From: Chloroflexia bacterium | GTDB taxonomy: Bacteria > Chloroflexota > Chloroflexia > QHBQ01 > JAICKM01 | Direction: 5' to 3' | DNA: 64,000 nt | Assembly (NCBI GenBank): GCA_050998805.1 | Contig: JBPCPV010000029.1 | Span: 15,768 to 79,767 of the forward strand | Shown here: positions 9,969-20,019 of the stretch, piece after piece | Position numbering within the stretch: position 1 is the first letter of the stretch | How the letters are laid out: each line of letters begins with the position of its first letter | Translations under genes and position numbers: made by a program | Notes under the pieces: model-generated | Database searches by the model: none | Told to the model about the DNA's origin: nothing | The model's input: the letters and a program-made list of their open reading frames with translations, nothing else

Positions 9969-10716
9969 CGGCAGCCCGACTACCGGCCTCTGGCACCCCG
10001 TCGGGTTTCCGTCGAGCGCGGCGCGGGGCGACCCCCCGGTGATGCTCGAAGGCAAGCTCGCCGGCTTCGACGACGGCCGGCAGCACCCCGTGCTGCTGCT
10101 GCACCACCCGAACCCGGCGGGCGGCGGCTCGATGGACAGCAAGATCCTCCGCGCGGTCGCCGATGCGCTCTACCCGCTCGGCGTCGGCGCGCTCCGCTAC
10201 AACTCGCGAGGCGTTGGGCGCAGCGGCGGAGAGTACCAGCTTGTGCCCGAATCGCGCGGCTGGGTAGAAGGCTCCCATGAGACGGAGGATGTGGGCGCGG
10301 CGCTCCACTTCCTGTCGGCCCAGCCCTGGGCCGATTCGCGGCGGCTGGCGCTCGTCGGCTTCAGCTTCGGCGCGCGCATGATCCTCAGCTACCTGCGTCT
10401 GCACCCGACCGACGAGCGCGTGAAGGCGGCTGTGATGATCGGCTTCCCGGTCGCCGCCTGGGATCTGACCCACCTCGGCTACTGGTTCGGCCCGAAGCTC
10501 TTCATCTCGGCTGAGGGCGACACATACTCCCCGCCCGACCGGCTGCTGTCCTTCGTAGACCGCCTGCCGCCGCCGATACAGACCGCGATCATACCCGGCA
10601 GCACCCACTTCCTGCCGGGCAAAGAAGCCGAGGCGGGGCGGTTGGCGGCTGCGTTCCTCGCCCCGCTCCTCGGCGCGCCGCGCACTAGCGAACCAGCGTC
10701 TGCGCGAACTCCATGA
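9958..10716 (+). CDS. alpha/beta-fold hydrolase (dienelactone-hydrolase-like)
   Basis: 252 aa, nucleophile elbow GFSFGA, overlaps the GH38 stop by 11 nt. Confidence 0.55.
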   Translation: MAASGSPTTGLWHPVGFPSSAARGDPPVMLEGKLAGFDDGRQHPVLLLHHPNPAGGGSMDSKILRAVADALYPLGVGALRYNSRGVGRSGGEYQLVPESRGWVEGSHETEDVGAALHFLSAQPWADSRRLALVGFSFGARMILSYLRLHPTDERVKAAVMIGFPVAAWDLTHLGYWFGPKLFISAEGDTYSPPDRLLSFVDRLPPPIQTAIIPGSTHFLPGKEAEAGRLAAAFLAPLLGAPRTSEPASARTP

Positions 10717-12073
10717 AGTGGTAAACATCGGCGAAGTTCGACGCCAGGCCGACGGAGGCACGCACCGCTCCGGCCTCGTCGCTGTCAACAACCGCGAGGA
10801 ACTGCTGGAAGGTCATCCGCTCCTCGTTCTTGAAGCAATCGCTCATCGCCTGTTTGGTGATGCCGTGGGCGAGTTCGCCCGCGCCGGGATTGCAGAAGCA
10901 GCCTGTGCGGATCGAAATCCCCGCCCGGTTCGCCATCTCCTCGATCTCCCGGAAGTCGATCGTGCGCCCGTCGGGGCCGACGAAGTTGATCGTCACCGTG
11001 CCGCCGCGCGTTTCGGTTGTGAGCGGCCCGTAGATCCGTATCATCGCCATCCCGTTGCTGTGGCGCAGCTCTTGCAGGTTTTCGAGCAGCCACCCCGTCA
11101 GGCAGATCACCCGCGTGTGGATCGTCTCGATGCCGATCTCGGCAATGTATTTCAGCCCGATCTCGACGGCGGGGATCGTCAGGTAGTTGATCGTGCCGTC
11201 CTCGAACGCTGCCTCACCCTCCGCCAGGTAGTAGCCGTCGCCCTGCACTGAGGCGATTGTGATCGTGCCTCCGGCGAACCAGGGGCGGTGCAGCTTGGCG
11301 AGCGCGGACTTGCGGGCCAGCAGACAGCCGATGCCGGTCGGGTAGCCGAAGATCTTGTAGAACGACAGCGCCACGAAGTCGGGATGTATCCGGCTGAGGT
11401 CGAGGCGGTTGGTCGGCGTGAAAGCCGCGGCGTCGAGCAGCACATCCCAGCCCTGCTCTTGCGCCCTCGCGATCCATTCGAGCGGATGCTGCACGCCGGA
11501 GAAGTTCGACTGGGCGGGGTACGCGAAGAGGTTCGCCCGCCCGCGCGGAGCAGCTCTCAGAGCATCCTCCAGCTGTGCCTCGTCTATACGCAGGTCCGGC
11601 GGCACCACTGGTACATAATGGATCGTCGCGCCCTTTAGGCGGGCGAACTCCCGTATCCCGTTCACCGAGTTGTGGTTGTCGAACGTCAGCAGATATTGGC
11701 TGCCTGGGCAGAACGGGTAGGCTTCGCCGACCAGCTTCAGCGCCCCGCTCGCATTCATAGTGAAGATCACCGCGTATTCGTCGTGCGAGGCGTTGAAGTA
11801 GTCGAGCACATAGGCTCGCGCCCCCTCCACCCGGTGCGTCATCGCCTGCGAAGTCGGGTTGGCCGAGTGCGGGTTGCCGAAGACACCTCCCCTCAGCATC
11901 TCGAGGTGGTCGCGTAGCTGCGACTCGGCGTAGAGGCCGCCGCCTGTGTAGTCGAGGTAAACCTGCCCCTGGGCGTCGAGGCGCGCATACTCGGTCGCGC
12001 GTAACTCGTCCAGCTTGCGGGTGCTTTCGTACTCCGGGTACTCGCGCTGGAACGCGGCATAAGCAGCATCCAT
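10685..12073 (-). CDS. aminotransferase class V-fold PLP-dependent enzyme (MOCOS N-terminal / cysteine desulfurase-like)
   Basis: 462 aa; SFYKIFGYPTGIGCLLARK PLP-lysine region and overall similarity to the molybdenum cofactor sulfurase N-domain family. Confidence 0.7.
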   Translation of the reverse strand: MDAAYAAFQREYPEYESTRKLDELRATEYARLDAQGQVYLDYTGGGLYAESQLRDHLEMLRGGVFGNPHSANPTSQAMTHRVEGARAYVLDYFNASHDEYAVIFTMNASGALKLVGEAYPFCPGSQYLLTFDNHNSVNGIREFARLKGATIHYVPVVPPDLRIDEAQLEDALRAAPRGRANLFAYPAQSNFSGVQHPLEWIARAQEQGWDVLLDAAAFTPTNRLDLSRIHPDFVALSFYKIFGYPTGIGCLLARKSALAKLHRPWFAGGTITIASVQGDGYYLAEGEAAFEDGTINYLTIPAVEIGLKYIAEIGIETIHTRVICLTGWLLENLQELRHSNGMAMIRIYGPLTTETRGGTVTINFVGPDGRTIDFREIEEMANRAGISIRTGCFCNPGAGELAHGITKQAMSDCFKNEERMTFQQFLAVVDSDEAGAVRASVGLASNFADVYHFMEFAQTLVR

Positions 12074-12084
12074 CTTGCCCCTCC

Positions 12085-13767
12085 TTACTCCGTTACCTCC
12101 TCGGAGATCCCCTCATCTGCGCGAATCCTCTCCAGGACCGCCACCGTCTCGATGTGGTATGTCTGCGGGAACATATCCACAACCTGCGCGCTCCTGAGCC
12201 TGTAGCCGGGTGCGAGGGTGCGTACATCGCGGGCGAGCGTGCTCGGGTCGCACGAAACGTAGATCAGCAGCTGCGCGGGCCGCTTGAGCAGGTGTTGCAG
12301 CAGGGCCGGAGCGCAGCCTGCGCGCGGCGGGTCGAGCAACACCACATCCGGAGACAGATCGAGGCGCGGCAGCACGTACTCGACTCGCCCACCCTCGATC
12401 TCCAACTCCGGCGGGCCGACGCCGCGCAGCGCCGCCGTCCAGCGTGCGCTCTCTACTGCCGCCCAATCGCTCTCAATGGCGACGACGCGCTTTGCCTGCA
12501 CACCGGCGAGCAGCGCCATCCCGAACGCGCCCGCGCCGCTATATGCGTCCACCAGCAAGGCGACGGGCGCGGGCAACGCCGCCCGGATCAACTCCAAGAT
12601 CACCTCAGCCTGGAGGTTGTTCACCTGGAAGAACGCCTGCGGGGCCAGCCGGTAGCTCACCCCGCCGAGGCTCTGGCGCACCACGCCCGGCGGCGCTTCC
12701 GGCTGGTCGGTCGCGTCGCGCGCGGCTCGCCTGCTGCCGCTGACCAGCCCCGGCACCGTCAGCTCTGAGGCATCCTCCGCGCTCGCCGCCCCCGCCGCTT
12801 GCGTCTCTCCGATCAGCTCGAGTGAGCCGTCCTGCCTGAGTTCGACCACGCTCACCAGCCCGCCCAGCCCGCCGATCCACTTGCGGAGCGCCCGCCGGTT
12901 AAGCGCAACAGCCATTCGCGGCGTCTCGTCCTCGCCGCGCCCGCGCCCTGTTCGGGCAGGAGGAGCTTCCCCGTTCAGGCTGTGGAGCACGACCACCATC
13001 TGGCGCCCCGCCCAGGGCGCGTCGGCCGGCGTTTCCCCCTGCGGTGGCGCGCCGGTGCGGACCGTGACCTGCCAGATCGGGATGCCGCTGATCTTGCGCT
13101 CGCGCACCGAGATCGGCATCTGCCCGCGCCGGACGGCTTCCACGTCGAGTTCGTCGAGGTTCGGCGGCAGGTCGCCCGGGGCCTGGCTATGCTCCTCGAA
13201 AAGCTGCTGTAGCGGCACCAGCAGCGCGTTGATGCCGGGGTCGCTGATCGGGCAGACGGCGACCGGCACTACGCTGTGGCTGCCACGGCGGAAGTAGCCG
13301 AGCTGACGGCTCGCCGGGTCTACCCGGAAGTGGGCAACGTTGCGGTACTGCCAGGGGTCGTCCATGCCTGCGGCCGGCCGCAGAAGCCCGTCCAATTGCC
13401 CCGCATCCAGGCCGCCGGAACGGCGCAGCTGTTCGCGCAGAATCTCGGTCTTGAAGTCGAGCTGGCCGGCGTAGTCAATATGCTGCCACTGGCAGCCGCC
13501 GCACGGCCCGAAGTAGGGACAGGGCGGCGCGACGCGGTGCGGCGAGGCGGTCTCAACCCCGGTGACCGTCGCCCAGGCGAGCTCCCGCTTCACGCGGTCC
13601 ACCCGCGCCCGCACCCGCTCCCCGGTGATGCCGCCCCAGGTGAAGACCACGTTGCCGCCGGCCCGCCCCACCGCATCGCCGCCGTAGGCCATGTCGCTGA
13701 GGTCGAGTTCCACCTCGGCACCGGGCGCGAGGGTCTCGGCGGTCTCCCTTTCGGTCCGGCTGCTCAT
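12085..13767 (-). CDS. RlmD/RumA-like 23S rRNA (uracil-C5)-methyltransferase with TRAM domain and Fe-S cluster, carrying an internal insertion
   Basis: TRAM-like N-term, CPYFGPCGGCQWQH cluster, SAM-MTase motifs (LVDAYSGAGAFG, DPPRAG). Confidence 0.75.
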   Translation of the reverse strand: MSSRTERETAETLAPGAEVELDLSDMAYGGDAVGRAGGNVVFTWGGITGERVRARVDRVKRELAWATVTGVETASPHRVAPPCPYFGPCGGCQWQHIDYAGQLDFKTEILREQLRRSGGLDAGQLDGLLRPAAGMDDPWQYRNVAHFRVDPASRQLGYFRRGSHSVVPVAVCPISDPGINALLVPLQQLFEEHSQAPGDLPPNLDELDVEAVRRGQMPISVRERKISGIPIWQVTVRTGAPPQGETPADAPWAGRQMVVVLHSLNGEAPPARTGRGRGEDETPRMAVALNRRALRKWIGGLGGLVSVVELRQDGSLELIGETQAAGAASAEDASELTVPGLVSGSRRAARDATDQPEAPPGVVRQSLGGVSYRLAPQAFFQVNNLQAEVILELIRAALPAPVALLVDAYSGAGAFGMALLAGVQAKRVVAIESDWAAVESARWTAALRGVGPPELEIEGGRVEYVLPRLDLSPDVVLLDPPRAGCAPALLQHLLKRPAQLLIYVSCDPSTLARDVRTLAPGYRLRSAQVVDMFPQTYHIETVAVLERIRADEGISEEVTE

Positions 13768-14051
13768 AATTGGAACGACTCCGTGAGCGGCAGCACGAAG
13801 ACCGCGCCCCGGCCTGTGGACTCGCCGCTGGAGGCCGGGGGCCGTCCTGTTGCGTGCGCCACTGTCTCACGCAGCAGGCGGATCAGTGGGTCTATCTGGG
13901 CGTCCTCCGTGCCCACGATCAGCGTGGTGTTGCCCTCGCGCAGGAAGCCGCCGGTGCTGGCTAGGCGGGTCGCTCTGTATCCGGCCTCCGTCAGCGCATC
14001 AAGCACGAGGTCGGTGTGCGCCTTCTGTATGACCGCGAGCGCGAGTTTCAT
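13764..14051 (-). CDS. darA: PII-like c-di-AMP receptor protein (DarA/PstA, DUF970 family)
   Basis: MKLALAVIQKAHTDLVLDALTEAGYRATRLASTGGFLREGNTTLIVG closely follows the DarA consensus; start overlaps the RlmD-like gene (ATGA). Confidence 0.7.
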   Translation of the reverse strand: MKLALAVIQKAHTDLVLDALTEAGYRATRLASTGGFLREGNTTLIVGTEDAQIDPLIRLLRETVAHATGRPPASSGESTGRGAVFVLPLTESFQL

Positions 14052-14072
14052 GGCATCTCTCCTGCGTCCTGT

Positions 14073-14759
14073 CTACCGCCCGGTCGTCGGTGTCGGCGTG
14101 TTTTGCTGTATACCCCCGCCGAAATGCTGCACGAAGTCGGTGACCGAGTTCTTGTCGAAGCCCGCCAGGTACTCCAAATGCTGCCACGCGCCGAGCGCGA
14201 TCACCGCGTGGTTCGGCAGGCTTGCTCGCGGCATGACATAGACGTGGTAGAAAGCGCCCGCCGGCAGGGATGTGCCCACGCCTACCAGCCCATCGTGGAT
14301 AGCGGTGCAGTCCGGCCCCGGCGGGCAATTGTACCACATGATGATGTTGCCGTGCTCCATCAGGTGGACCGAAACCTCGTCGTCGAGCGGCTTTTCGAGG
14401 TCAACGGCACCGGAGTTCTGTGGAAACTCCTCGCGGTGCCAGCCGGATGTGGGCGGGTCGCTGTTGTAGGTCGGGTGGGGGGTGGCGACGCCGATGTGGG
14501 TGTGGCCCTGGTCGGTATATGCAAGAACCTGCCCGCAAGCGGAGCATTGGTTGAACGGGTTGAAGATCAGCAGCGCCGCGACCGCCAGCGCGCCGAGCAG
14601 CAGCGCCGCCGCTATCCCGGTCGCCACCGCCCGCGAGCCGGAAAGCCCCCTCGCCGCCTTTACGGGAGGAGCCGGGACAGGGGAGGGTAGGGGGCGTGGG
14701 TCTCCCACGCGGCGAACCGGCAGGGGCGGGAGCGGTTTGTGGTCGGCGTTCTCAGACAT
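14073..14759 (-). CDS. DUF3105 family membrane-anchored protein
   Basis: PT-rich N-term, TM helix, C-terminal GHTHI...PPTSGWH...HLMEHGNIIMWYNCP typical of DUF3105. Confidence 0.6.
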   Translation of the reverse strand: MSENADHKPLPPLPVRRVGDPRPLPSPVPAPPVKAARGLSGSRAVATGIAAALLLGALAVAALLIFNPFNQCSACGQVLAYTDQGHTHIGVATPHPTYNSDPPTSGWHREEFPQNSGAVDLEKPLDDEVSVHLMEHGNIIMWYNCPPGPDCTAIHDGLVGVGTSLPAGAFYHVYVMPRASLPNHAVIALGAWQHLEYLAGFDKNSVTDFVQHFGGGIQQNTPTPTTGR

Positions 14760-14777
14760 CGTCCTCCTCAGTATCCC

Positions 14778-15200
14778 CTACTTGGATTGCCGGCGGAATA
14801 TGCCCCGCAACCGATCCACCAGGCCGCCGGCCGGGGCCTCAGCCTCCTCTTCGCCGAGTGCTGTGGCATCGGGGTCGTCGGCGATGGTCAGCCGCAGCCC
14901 CTCGCAGAGCTTGTCCACGACGGCGCGCGCTGTCGCGTAGTCGTCCTGGCCGGCGTAGCGGTCGAAGTCCACCGAGATGAACTCTGGCGGCTCGCACGGG
15001 TCCACGTGTATGCGGATATGCGGCCCGCCCTGCGGCTCGGTGATATAGCCTTCACCGTCAGGGCCGGGGTGCAACTCCGGCATCTCCCCGGCCACCTGGC
15101 GGATCTGCTCCCGTGAGATGGGCTGCGGCCCCGCGTCCAACGCCTCCTGCCCAGGCTGCGTCGGATGGGGGAAGCGCATCAACAAGAACTCGAAGGGCAT
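14778..15200 (-). CDS. hypothetical acidic protein
   Basis: 140-aa ORF with RBS ggagga upstream, sense-oriented in an operon with the aldehyde dehydrogenase; no recognised domain. Confidence 0.35.
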   Translation of the reverse strand: MPFEFLLMRFPHPTQPGQEALDAGPQPISREQIRQVAGEMPELHPGPDGEGYITEPQGGPHIRIHVDPCEPPEFISVDFDRYAGQDDYATARAVVDKLCEGLRLTIADDPDATALGEEEAEAPAGGLVDRLRGIFRRQSK

Positions 15201-15202
15201 GG

Positions 15203-16765
15203 CTAGCTAGCAGGATCCTCCGCGAGGTCGATCTGCGCGCGCTGTAGCTTGCCGCTGTAGTCAACGTAGATCGTCTTCCACTCGGTGAAGGTGTCGAGGC
15301 CGGCCTGCCCGGCTTCGCGGTGGCCGTTGCCGGTGCCGCGCGTGCCGCCGAACGGTACCTGTATCTCAGCGCCGATGGTGCCTGCGTTGATGTAGACGAT
15401 GCCGGTCGTGATGTCGCGGATCGCCGTGAAGGCTCTGTTCACGTCGGCGGTGTAGATAGAGCTGGACAGCCCGTATTTCGTGGAGTTGTTCACCTTGATC
15501 GCCTCGGCGAGGTTCTCCACCGGGATCAGCGTCGTCACCGGGCCGAAGATCTCTTCCTGCGAGACCATCGCGTCCGGTGCCGCGTCGCTGAAGAGCGTCG
15601 GCTCGTAGAACGCGCCCTTGCCGAGGGCACCCTCCGAGGCGATTTTGCCGCCGACGACCAGCCGCGTTCCGGCCTTCTGCCCTTCCTGCACCATGCCGTG
15701 GATGCGCGATAGCTGGTTCCTGTTGATCACCGGGCCGATGTCGGTGGCGGCGTCGAGGCCGTTGCCGAGCCGGAGCTTCTTGATGCGGTCTTGGAGCATA
15801 TCCTCCAGCTTCTGCTTGACGGCCCGATGCACGATGACGCGGCTCGCGGCGGTGCAACGCTGGCCGCTGGTGCCGAACGCGCTCCATAGTATCCCTTCGA
15901 GCGCGAGGTCGAGGTCCGCATCGTCCATCACGATGATCGCGTTCTTGCCGCCCATTTCGAGCGAGACGCGCTTCAGGCGGCGGGCTGCCTCAACGGCCAC
16001 TGCGTTGCCGGCGTCGGTCGAGCCGGTGAAGGAGATAAGCGCCACGTCGGGGTTTTCGATCAGCGCGGTGCCGACCGTAGAGCCAGGCCCCATCACGAAG
16101 TTGAGCACGCCCGCCGGTAGCCCCGCCTCCTGGAGGATATTGACGAGCGAGAGCGCGCAGAGCGGCGTGTCGCTGGCGGGCTTGATCACGACGGTGTTTC
16201 CGGTGACAAGCGCGGGCATGATCTTCCAGCTAGGGATCGCGACGGGGAAGTTCCACGGCGTGATCGCCGCGACTACGCCGATTGGATCGCGGGTCGTCAT
16301 AGCCCACTTGTTCGGCAACTCGCTCGGCACGACCTCCCCGCGCATCCGCCGCCCCTCTCCGGCCATGTAGAAGGTCATGTCAATCGCTTCCTGCACGTCG
16401 CCCCGTGCTTCGGCGAGGACTTTGCCCATCTCCTGGGTCATCAGGCGGGCCATTTCCTCTTTGCGCTCGGTGAGCAATTGGCCTGCGCGATAGAGTATCT
16501 CGCCCCGCTTGGGAGCCGGGGTGAGTCGCCAGCCGTCGAACGCAGCCTTCGCTGCGGCCACGGCGCGGTTCGCGTCCTCGGCACCGCCCTCGCTGAGTTC
16601 GGCAAGCGTCTCGCCGGTGGCGGGGTTCGTGGAAGTGAAAGTCTTGCCCTTAGCGGATTCGACCCAGCGCCCCCCGATAAAGTGCTTGACAAGTTTGCCG
16701 GTTTCGATGCCGAGGCCGTGGCCGTCGGTGCCCGCGCGCTGCGCTCCGGCGGTTGTTGTTACCAT
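15203..16765 (-). CDS. NAD(P)-dependent aldehyde dehydrogenase
   Basis: 520 aa with canonical ALDH motifs (catalytic Cys region GQRCTA, ELGGK). Confidence 0.85.
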   Translation of the reverse strand: MVTTTAGAQRAGTDGHGLGIETGKLVKHFIGGRWVESAKGKTFTSTNPATGETLAELSEGGAEDANRAVAAAKAAFDGWRLTPAPKRGEILYRAGQLLTERKEEMARLMTQEMGKVLAEARGDVQEAIDMTFYMAGEGRRMRGEVVPSELPNKWAMTTRDPIGVVAAITPWNFPVAIPSWKIMPALVTGNTVVIKPASDTPLCALSLVNILQEAGLPAGVLNFVMGPGSTVGTALIENPDVALISFTGSTDAGNAVAVEAARRLKRVSLEMGGKNAIIVMDDADLDLALEGILWSAFGTSGQRCTAASRVIVHRAVKQKLEDMLQDRIKKLRLGNGLDAATDIGPVINRNQLSRIHGMVQEGQKAGTRLVVGGKIASEGALGKGAFYEPTLFSDAAPDAMVSQEEIFGPVTTLIPVENLAEAIKVNNSTKYGLSSSIYTADVNRAFTAIRDITTGIVYINAGTIGAEIQVPFGGTRGTGNGHREAGQAGLDTFTEWKTIYVDYSGKLQRAQIDLAEDPAS

Positions 16766-16892
16766 AGTTTAGCTGCTCCTCTCAGGTGAGCCGGACGCCT
16801 GTTTGGCCCGGCGATATAAGCTATATTCGTCTGTAATTCAGCACACAGAGATACCGATACAGCCGAAAGTGTATCACAAGCACGCCGAGGTG

Positions 16893-17285
16893 TCAAACTT
16901 CGCGGGTGTACCAGTATGCCCAGGCGATCAGTACGAACTGGAGGGGGAGGCGCCCCCAGGCCGCCCAAACTGGGATGCCGGGCATGGCGGGGTGGTCGCC
17001 GCCGGCGGAGGTTGCGCCGTAGATGTTCGCGGGGAAGATGGCGATCAGCGTCAGGATCAGCGCCCAGGCCGCGAACCGCCGGGTGCGCGGGATCAGCAGC
17101 ATCGCCCCCAGGCTGCCCTCGATTGCTCCGCTGAGGTAGACTAGTTGGAGAGGCGCGGGCAGCATCGGCGGCATAAGCCGCACATAGGGTGTGCTGTCCG
17201 TGAAGTGCAATATCCCGCTTCCGATGAACAGAGCCGCCAGAGGCAGGACCAAGATAGCTTTAAGTCGTTTCATGGATCGCATCAC
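16893..17285 (-). CDS. DoxX-like small integral membrane protein
   Basis: four predicted TM helices, DoxX/DUF-like pattern; start uncertain (several Met). Confidence 0.45.
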   Translation of the reverse strand: MMRSMKRLKAILVLPLAALFIGSGILHFTDSTPYVRLMPPMLPAPLQLVYLSGAIEGSLGAMLLIPRTRRFAAWALILTLIAIFPANIYGATSAGGDHPAMPGIPVWAAWGRLPLQFVLIAWAYWYTREV

Positions 17286-18865
17286 TTGTTCAGCTCATAT
17301 CGCCACTCGAAGTAGTGTTGGCCGACGTTGCCCTGCTGAATGCGCCAGGTGGGGGCGAAGTCGGGGACGTAAGTGAGGACACGGCGCTGGTACGCCTGGA
17401 TCATCACAGAGAGGTCGCGCCCGCTCACGCGCATCTGGGTCCAATATCCCTCGGTGATCGGGTATCCCAGGACGTATGTCCAATCGAAGCCGTAGGTAGG
17501 CTGCATGTCCTGCAAGTAGTGCCAAAAGAGGTCGGGGATGTTGTGGCCGGTCTGGGTCACGAAGGCGGCGTAGTGGGAGAGACCGGAGTGGACTATGTCT
17601 GTGTAGACCCCGCCCCCAGTGTCGAGGGCATCGCTGACCGGCTGACCGACGCGGTTGGGTGCTTGGTGTTCGCCGTGCAGGCTGGCAACGCCGGCCAGGG
17701 AATTGTAATCGGGCGCGATCGGGTTGTCCTTTCGCGGGTCTCCGACCACGGGGAGTATGCATGGCACAGTCTCGTGGATCGAGGAGGTGTTGCCGGTCTG
17801 GATGTCGCCGCTGATCATCTCGACGGTCAGCAGGCCGTTAGTCACGTAGTATGGACTGTTCGGGTCGGCGCTTGGGTCGTTGACCTCCATGCGGGCCTTG
17901 TCGTAGTACTCCACATCGTGCCTGCCGCCCGGTCTCTGGGCATAAGCCTCGGCGGCACGGTACAGGAGGGTCGGACCCCAAAGCCAGGAGCGTGGGGCCG
18001 TTCCGGCGGCCACGGCCGCGTCGGCCTTCGACCAGACGCGCCCGAAGGCGGGGTCGGGGGCACCGAGCCAGACGAGGTGAATTAAATTCTTGCTGTATAG
18101 GTATTGGGGAGGAAGGGACTCATCCAGCACATAGACCAGTGCATCGCCGGATGTCGCCAACCTCTCTACACGCCCGTGACCCCCTGCTGGGACACGCAGA
18201 AGCACTTTCTCGGTGCTGCGGTCGGCTATCCTGAACGTACCCGCCAAGTCGGGGTCGGCTGCCGGCTCGACGGAGACATCGTAGGGGGAAGGCGGATCGG
18301 GCGCGAGGTCGCCGCCGGTCCAGGGGCCGCCATGGTTGGCAGCAGGGTCGAAGTAGCAGCGGTCGCAGGCTAGGGTGCCGCGCAGGAAGTACTCATATTG
18401 ACAGGGCGCTTGGGTCGGCTGGGTCCAAAGCAGACGAGGCCCGTTATGCGTGTCGCCGTTCGGGCAGTTGCAGGCGAACTCGAAACCATCGGCAGCGGGG
18501 GGATCTCCTCCGCAGCTGTCGTCCTCTGTAATCATCGCCATCTGGAGAGTTATCGTGCGCTGATCAATCAGGTTTTTGAGAGTGATCGTCCCGACTGGAG
18601 GCGCACAGTGCCCGCAGGCACTCACGAGCTTTGCGTAGGCGGCCCAATCTCCGCTCACCTGTAGCCAACTCACGGCAGAGACGAAGCTGACCTGGCCGGC
18701 GTCGTCAAGAGTGAGCGGGATGAAGGGCAAGGGAGCAGGTGCTTGAGCCGCGATGCGGGCGGCGACCGGCGCGCCCCCGCCGGGGAGCAGGCCGAGCGCA
18801 GCTACAAGCAGCAAGACAGCCGCAAAAAACAGTCGGGCGGTCGCAGGTGTGCGTCTCATTCCCAT
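17282..18865 (-). CDS. secreted Cys-rich protein with a C-terminal LGFP-like repeat domain (paralog of 53199-54350)
   Basis: signal peptide, C-terminal block RSWLWGP...YYDKARMEVNDP...FVTNGLL...LGYPITEGYW...IQAYQRRVLTYVP shared with the 53199-54350 protein. Confidence 0.5.
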   Translation of the reverse strand: MGMRRTPATARLFFAAVLLLVAALGLLPGGGAPVAARIAAQAPAPLPFIPLTLDDAGQVSFVSAVSWLQVSGDWAAYAKLVSACGHCAPPVGTITLKNLIDQRTITLQMAMITEDDSCGGDPPAADGFEFACNCPNGDTHNGPRLLWTQPTQAPCQYEYFLRGTLACDRCYFDPAANHGGPWTGGDLAPDPPSPYDVSVEPAADPDLAGTFRIADRSTEKVLLRVPAGGHGRVERLATSGDALVYVLDESLPPQYLYSKNLIHLVWLGAPDPAFGRVWSKADAAVAAGTAPRSWLWGPTLLYRAAEAYAQRPGGRHDVEYYDKARMEVNDPSADPNSPYYVTNGLLTVEMISGDIQTGNTSSIHETVPCILPVVGDPRKDNPIAPDYNSLAGVASLHGEHQAPNRVGQPVSDALDTGGGVYTDIVHSGLSHYAAFVTQTGHNIPDLFWHYLQDMQPTYGFDWTYVLGYPITEGYWTQMRVSGRDLSVMIQAYQRRVLTYVPDFAPTWRIQQGNVGQHYFEWRYELNK

Positions 18866-18877
18866 ACTCCTTGTAGC

Positions 18878-18912
18878 GGTCAGTGGTCGGTGGTTGGTGG
18901 TCAGTGGTCAGC
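18878..18912. repeat. heptanucleotide tandem repeats (GGTCAGT/GGTCGGT/GGTTGGT, 5 units) in the 5' leader of the 17282-18865 gene
   Basis: direct reading of the sequence; located 13-47 nt upstream of the start codon on the minus strand. Confidence 0.7.
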
Positions 18913-19083
18913 CATAAGGTGAAGTGCTTCACCTATATAGACGAACTGAGCGGCGTGGAGTTACGCGGGGCCGGAGATTAGCCACAGCCACGGCAACGGG
19001 GTAGTGCTCGGCGCGCTCGATGTGCTTGCGGGAAGAAGCCGTCCACGAATACGGGGCCACGAATAGACGAATGATCAGCGATG

Positions 19084-19857
19084 TCAGCCGAGTAAAATCG
19101 TCCCGGTCGCCAAACGGCGCTCACCTTGCGGTGTGGAGACGATCAGCGTGCCGTCCCGCTCGACCCTGATCGCCATTCCCTCCACCCGTCCATCACCTGT
19201 ATCAACCCGCACTTCGGAGCCGAGCGTGGCGAGCCTATCGCGCCACTCTTGCCAGATGCCGAGGTAATTCCCCTGTTGCCACCGTATGTAGCGCGCCTCG
19301 GCCTCGCAGAGGATGCTGTTCAGCAAGTCTTGGCGACTCGGCAATGCGCCCGCCACCTCGAGTCTGAGGCTGGTCGCCGCTTCGCTGAGGCCGTAAGCTG
19401 CGGGGTCAAAGTCAATGTTGACGCCGAATCCCGCTATCACGAAATCCGAAACTCCGCCGGACATCGCCAGCTCGCAGAGAATCCCGGCTATTTTGAGCCC
19501 GCGGCAGAGCACATCGTTCGGCCACTTCAACGCCGCAGGCGCTCCCGCGCCCGCGAGGGCGGCGCGTACAGCCAGGCCGAGGATCATTACCGGCGCGAAG
19601 ACCTCGCCGGCCGGACGTTGTGGCCGCAGCAGCAGCGAGGCGAGGATCGCGCCCCCCGGCGGGGCAAGCCAGCTTCGACCGTGGCTGCCCCGGCCTGCCG
19701 TCTGCTCATCGGCGACCACGAGCAGGCCCTCCCGCGCTCCCGCCCGCGCCAGCTCCCGCACGCGGTCGTTCGTAGACCCGATCTGGGGGTAGTATTCGAG
19801 GCTGCGACCAAACCGTTCAGTAGTCAGTCCGCCAGGGGAAAAAGGCTGTTCGTTCAT
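19084..19857 (-). CDS. birA: biotin-[acetyl-CoA-carboxylase] ligase
   Basis: GRGSHGRSW, KWPNDV, GIGVN-like motifs of BirA catalytic domain; likely start MNEQPF at 19857. Confidence 0.8.
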   Translation of the reverse strand: MNEQPFSPGGLTTERFGRSLEYYPQIGSTNDRVRELARAGAREGLLVVADEQTAGRGSHGRSWLAPPGGAILASLLLRPQRPAGEVFAPVMILGLAVRAALAGAGAPAALKWPNDVLCRGLKIAGILCELAMSGGVSDFVIAGFGVNIDFDPAAYGLSEAATSLRLEVAGALPSRQDLLNSILCEAEARYIRWQQGNYLGIWQEWRDRLATLGSEVRVDTGDGRVEGMAIRVERDGTLIVSTPQGERRLATGTILLG

Positions 19858-20019
19858 TCCGATAACAGTATAGAGTACGCTCCGGCTGAGTACAAGCCGC
19901 CATAGGGCACGAATCCCGCGCCTGTAAGACACGGCTCCGCCCGTGGACCCTGGCCGGGCCTGGTGCGTCTGTGGGAGAGCGGCTCTGCCCTCGATTGGTT
20001 CGCCCTACCTCGTTGCTCG

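Noticed and set aside
8688-10142. 484-aa ORF on the minus strand
   Set aside because: Antisense to the GH38 alpha-mannosidase gene; no motifs.
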